Assembly (NCBI GenBank): GCA_963815455.1
Contig: CAWFGO010000001.1
Location: 1,408,001 to 1,472,000 of the forward strand
Direction of reading: 5' to 3'
DNA length: 64,000 nucleotides
Source: an uncultured Verrucomicrobiae bacterium
GTDB lineage: Bacteria; Verrucomicrobiota; Verrucomicrobiia; Chthoniobacterales; UBA10450
Positions 59,480 to 64,000 of this stretch are shown here, one piece after another (position 1 is the first letter of the stretch; every line of letters begins with the position of its first letter). A program made the translations under genes and the position numbers. Below the pieces are notes generated by a model, which made no database searches, was not told the origin of the DNA, and saw only the letters and a list, made by a program, of their open reading frames with translations.

Positions 59480-60406
59480 TTATGTAACGAGCTTCTCGGC
59501 CAGGGAAGGTGAGTTTGCCTTTTCCCAATCTTCCAGCCAGCCGGCGATGCGCTCGCCGAAATCGCGGGGGCGCTCGGCCCAAAACCGTTCGGACAGATCA
59601 GCGGCGCCCCGTTGCAAATCGCCCTGGCTCACCTCAATCACGGCCAGCAATTTGCGGCCTTCGCGTTCCCAATCCGATTTCCCGTGCTCGCTGCGAAGAC
59701 GGTCGCTCAGAAAACTCAAGTCGTGGGCGCGGCCCAGCAAATCACCCACCGAACGCAAGTCGTCGCTCAAGGTTTTCAGCACCACCGGGTTGGCCGGCCG
59801 CAGGATGCGCAATTGATGCCAGAGCGTCTTGGCCTTGGTCCGGAACGCGTGAAAGTTTTCCGTGCTCGGACTCGCCTTGGCTTTGGCGAGCGCCTTGCGA
59901 GCGTCCTTGTAGCTCGATTGCACGGCGCAACGCAGTTGTTTGCAGGTGAACTGGTCGAGCGACCAGCGATCTGCATCCGCCAAGGCCTGGTCCAGCATCG
60001 GGACGGCTTGCGTTTGCCACTCGGCAAACGCGGCCATGAAATTTTCGAGTTCCAATATCAACATCGATTCCAGTTTTTTGTAGGCATGGCGGCCCTTGCG
60101 TTGATTGATTCCTTGAAGCTGCCGCACGGTTTGCAACCGCACCTCGGCATCGCGGATGTCTGAAGTCATTCGCCCGACGTTGCGGAGGCAATGATCTGTC
60201 TTGCGGAACAGGCCGCGCCCGATTTCCTTGCGCACCAACCGTAGCGCGGCCCGGGCCTTCTTGAGATGTTTACGAGTTTCATGAACCGGCGTGTCGCGTG
60301 TCTCCATCTCACCCTTGGCAATGGCCATGGCGCCGGCAATTTGTTTCCGGCAAATCCGGCGGAGATTTTCGCCGAGCGATTCGCTGTGTCGTAACTGATA
60401 ACTCAT
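59480..60406 (-). CDS. CHAD domain (polyP-binding) protein
   Basis: VHETRKHLKKARA, RDAEV, FHAFRTKAK, LGRAHDL. Confidence 0.9.
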   Translation of the reverse strand: MSYQLRHSESLGENLRRICRKQIAGAMAIAKGEMETRDTPVHETRKHLKKARAALRLVRKEIGRGLFRKTDHCLRNVGRMTSDIRDAEVRLQTVRQLQGINQRKGRHAYKKLESMLILELENFMAAFAEWQTQAVPMLDQALADADRWSLDQFTCKQLRCAVQSSYKDARKALAKAKASPSTENFHAFRTKAKTLWHQLRILRPANPVVLKTLSDDLRSVGDLLGRAHDLSFLSDRLRSEHGKSDWEREGRKLLAVIEVSQGDLQRGAADLSERFWAERPRDFGERIAGWLEDWEKANSPSLAEKLVT

Positions 60407-60414
60407 TGTCGATC

Positions 60415-60891
60415 CTATTCGCGCGCCAATCGCACGTTGCTGTAACGTTTTTCACCGGTGATCTCACGCCCAAACCAGCGCGGCGGCTTAAACTTGCGGC
60501 AGCTCGTATGGTTCGGAAATTCCACCTCCACTACCATCAAACCATGGTTGCGCCCGTGATAAATATCGACCTCAATCTTGAGATTTTTCCACGGCATTTC
60601 GTAGCGCGTTTTGCGCAATCGGCGGCCCCTGGTCGCGGGCCAGAGCGTGGCAAACTGCTTCGCGCTTAGCCTGATCTCCCGCTCTTCCCTGGCTGTCCCT
60701 CGGCCGACCTTAAAAGTGAGTGAAGGCACCTTGCTCTTTTTTCGCAGGCGCACATGACGCCCGCCGGGTTCGTTGGCCAGGTAGCCCTGGGCCAGCTGGA
60801 AATGTCGCGACCGAAGGATCGCCGCGGGCAACAGTTTGATCAGGAATTTGCGCTCGATCTCGCGCGACGAGACATGATGCGGCCGGCCCAT
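60415..60891 (-). CDS. CYTH domain triphosphate tunnel metalloenzyme
   Basis: EIERKFL, QGYL, VRLRK, REERE, KTRY, EVDIY, VEVEF, YSN. Confidence 0.92.
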   Translation of the reverse strand: MGRPHHVSSREIERKFLIKLLPAAILRSRHFQLAQGYLANEPGGRHVRLRKKSKVPSLTFKVGRGTAREEREIRLSAKQFATLWPATRGRRLRKTRYEMPWKNLKIEVDIYHGRNHGLMVVEVEFPNHTSCRKFKPPRWFGREITGEKRYSNVRLARE

Positions 60892-60976
60892 CCCATTTAC
60901 TCAATCGTTTTCCGCGCGTACAGCCAAGAATTATCCGTGGGAAAATTTGGCCGCAATGGCGATCTTTCGAACGCCT

Positions 60977-61115
60977 GTCATCCTGAGCGCAGCGAAGGAT
61001 CTCGCGAACGCAGGCGCGCTTGCATGCTTCGATCCTTGTTGCTGCTGGCCAAATGCCGTGAACGCTTGCGCGATAATGGACCCACTGCGGGGTCCCTCGC
61101 TTTGCTCGGGACGAC
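60977..61115. repeat. GTCAT-family palindromic repeat
   Basis: GTCATCCTGAGCGCAGCGAAGGATCTC...GGTCCCTCGCTTTGCTCGGGACGAC. Confidence 0.8.
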
Positions 61116-61172
61116 ACGAATGTGAGTTCGAGCGTGAAGTTCGGCTGATTTGCTTTATCATCCCGCGCGCAG

Positions 61173-64000
61173 ATGCCGCGGAACGATCACATCAAGAAAA
61201 TCCTGCTTATCGGCTCCGGTCCAATCGTGATTGGGCAGGGCTGCGAGTTCGATTATTCCGGTGTCCAGGCCTGCAAGGCGCTGCGGGAGGAGGGGTACCT
61301 GGTCGTGTTGGTCAACTCCAACCCGGCCACGATCATGACCGATCCGGAGTTTGCCGATCGGTACTTATATAGAGCCAATCACGGCCGAGGTCATCGAAGC
61401 GATCATCGAGCGCGAAAAGCCGGATGCGCTTCTGCCGACCATGGGCGGACAAACCGCGCTCAATGCGGCCATGGAGTTGAATCGCAGCGGCGCGCTCGCC
61501 CGGCACGGGGTGAAATTGATCGGCGCCAATGCCCAGGCCATCGCCAAGGGCGAGGATCGACAACTGTTCAAGGAAGCGATGTTGCGAATCGGCCTCGACG
61601 TGCCGCGGTCCGGGATTGCGCGGTCGATTGTCGATGCTAATCGCGTGGCCGATGAAATCGGAAAGTTCCCGCTTATTATTCGCCCGGCATTTACCCTGGG
61701 CGGGAGCGGCGGCGGCATTGCCTACAATCGCGACGAGCTCCAGGAAATCGCCGATCGCGGCCTGTCGCTTTCCCCGGTTACCGAAGTTCTCATCGAAGAA
61801 TCACTCGTGGGCTGGAAAGAGTTCGAGATGGAAGTGATGCGCGACCGGATGGACAACTGCGTAGTCGTCTGTTCCATCGAAAATTTCGACCCGATGGGCG
61901 TGCATACCGGCGATTCGATTACGGTCGCGCCCGTACAAACACTCACCGACAAGGAATACCAAATGATGCGCGACGCGGCCTTCGCCGTGATCCGCGAGAT
62001 CGGGGTCGAGACCGGTGGCTCGAATATTCAATTCGCCGTGCATCCGGACACCGGCCGGATGGTCGTGATCGAAATGAACCCACGCGTCTCGCGTTCGAGC
62101 GCGCTGGCTTCGAAAGCCACCGGATTCCCAATCGCCAAAATCGCCGCGAAGCTCGCGGTTGGCTACACGCTGGACGAAATCAAGAACGACATTACCCGCG
62201 AAACGCCAGCCTGTTTCGAGCCGACCATCGATTACTGCGTGGTCAAGGTTCCGCGGTTCACCTTCGAAAAATTTCCGCAAGCGGACCCGACCCTGACGAC
62301 GCAGATGAAAAGCGTCGGTGAAGCGATGGCGATTGGCCGAACATTCAAGGAAGCGCTGCAGAAAGCGTTGCGCAGCCTCGAGATCAAACGGTTTGGGCTC
62401 TGCGACGACGGCGCCGACAAACATGTCGATCCCGAAACATTGCGCCTGAAACTTTCGGTTCCGAATGCCGAGCGCATCTTCTATATGGCCCAGGCATTCC
62501 AGGACGGCATGTCGATCGATGAAGTCTTCGACCTGACGAAGATCGACCGGTGGTTTCTTCGAAACGTGGCGGAGATTGTCAAGGAAGCGCGCTCTCTCCT
62601 TCGTAGCACAGGCATCTTGCCTGTGGGGCCGGCGGGCGTCTCGCCTGCCGAACTGGAAGCCCCCATAGGCGTTTCCGCCCCTCAATTCCATGCGGTGGAT
62701 CCGCGCGACGCGGTCGTCAGGCCCCGCCGAAACTTGCCGCATTGGGAGCAAGCGGGCGCCACGTATTTCGTAACCTTTCGTTTGGCCGACGCCGTCCCAC
62801 AGGAAGTTCTTCGCCAATGGAAGGAGGAATTGCAGACGTGGATGAAATTTCATCCTGAGCCCTGGGATGCTGCAACCAAATACGAATATCAAAAGCGATT
62901 TCGGGACGATCGGGAGCAATGGCTCGATCAGGGCCGCGGTGAATGCCTGCTCAAGAAGAGTGACATTTCGGGCATTGTGATTGATTCACTGGGACATTTC
63001 GATGGTCAGCGTTATTTGCTGGACGCGTTCGTGGTGATGCCGAATCACGTGCATGTCCTCGTCCAGCCGGTGGCGGGTCAGTCCCTTTCCGATATCCTGC
63101 ATTCTTGGAAATCGTTTTCAGCCAAGGCGATTAATCGCCTCCTCGAAAGGACGGGGCCGGTTTGGCAGGAGGAGAGCCATGACCGAATCGTGCGCGATTT
63201 AGAGCATTTGATCCGCTGTCGCGATTACATCACGCGCAATCCGGAGATGGCGCGGCTGCGAGAAGGCGAATTCGTGTTGTATGCGACCGGAAGACTGGAG
63301 ACGAGTTTAGACTCGACAGGCGGGTCGCCTGCCGGCCCCACAGGCAAGATGCCTGTGCTACAACCGCTCCTCCGCGCAAAAAAGCTGGGCTTTTCGGATC
63401 GGCAACTGGCGGTAGCAGCGAACCGGACCGAACACGAAATCCGCGCCGGCCGGAAATCGGCGGGCATTCTCCCAACCTATCGGCTCGTCGATACCTGCGC
63501 GGCGGAGTTTGAGGCTTACACACCTTACTATTACTCGACCTACGGCGACGAGAACGAGCGGCGCGAGAGCGGCAAACGCAAGGTCATGATTCTCGGCGGC
63601 GGACCGAATCGGATCGGCCAGGGAATCGAGTTCGATTACTGCTGCGTCCACGCAGCATTCGCCCTGCGCGAACTCGGATTCGAAACGATCATGGTTAACT
63701 CGAATCCGGAAACGGTTTCGACCGATTACGACACGAGCGACAAGCTTTATTTCGAACCGCTCACGCTCGAAGACGTGCTCAACATTTACGATCAGGAAAA
63801 GCCGGAAGGCGTGGTCGTGCAGTTCGGCGGACAAACGCCGCTCAATCTCGCCAACGGTTTGAAAGAAGCAGGCGTGCCGATCCTGGGAACGCAGCCGGAG
63901 AGCATCGAGACCGCGGAAGATCGACAATTGTTCGCCGCCATGCTCGACAAACTCGGGCTGCGGCAAACGCCGAGCGGCTCGGCGGTCAGCGCCGATGAAG
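61173..64000 (+). CDS. carB: Carbamoyl-phosphate synthase large subunit with in-frame RAYT insert (1-nt frameshift near 61362; truncated at window end)
   Basis: [98 protein letters not shown]. Confidence 0.96.
62603..63361 (+). mobile_element. REP-flanked RAYT (Y1/HUH transposase) module inserted in frame in carB
   Basis: [19 protein letters not shown]...[11 protein letters not shown]...WKSFSA...[12 protein letters not shown]...YITRNP between 49-bp inverted GTAG-REPs (62603-62651; 63313-63361). Confidence 0.93.

Noticed and set aside
62603..63361. carB insert as an intein or self-splicing intron
   Set aside because: No C-terminal HN/HQ followed by C/S/T and no Hint blocks. The insert is almost entirely RAYT coding sequence plus REP ends, leaving no room for a ribozyme core.
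1..64000. CRISPR array
   Set aside because: No regularly spaced identical repeats with unique spacers and no cas genes. The repeats are dispersed palindromes.

Overview
GC-rich bacterial chromosome segment. Gene content and repeat style suggest a Verrucomicrobiota/Chthoniobacterales-like soil bacterium (inference). Many single-base frameshifts in housekeeping genes point to an error-prone, probably long-read, assembly. Contents in order: truncated multi-PAS sensor, NitT/TauT ABC transporter, aspartyl protease, priA, lytic transglycosylase, HMG-CoA lyase, PolX/PHP, Na+/H+ antiporter, HxlR regulator, purD preceded by a duplicated purD 5' fragment and two orphan ORFs, S41/tricorn proteases, a GIY-YIG gene, an IS1595-family element with passenger genes next to tRNA-Ser(CGA), class II RNR nrdJ, acyl-CoA dehydrogenase, a glycosyltransferase/methyltransferase cluster around two tandem type IV pilins, a TPR protein, uvrA, phoBR-pstSCAB-phoU-ppk1-ppgK-sixA-GH15/CHAD/CYTH, and carB (runs off the right end). 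The main observation is an apparently intact REP-associated tyrosine transposase (RAYT, HUH/Y1) domain bracketed by 49-bp inverted GTAG-REPs and inserted in frame (759 bp, 253 codons, no stop) inside carB. Related palindromic repeats occur throughout the window, several translated in frame within proteins. A distinct 30-nt hairpin micro-element interrupts three unrelated host sequences.
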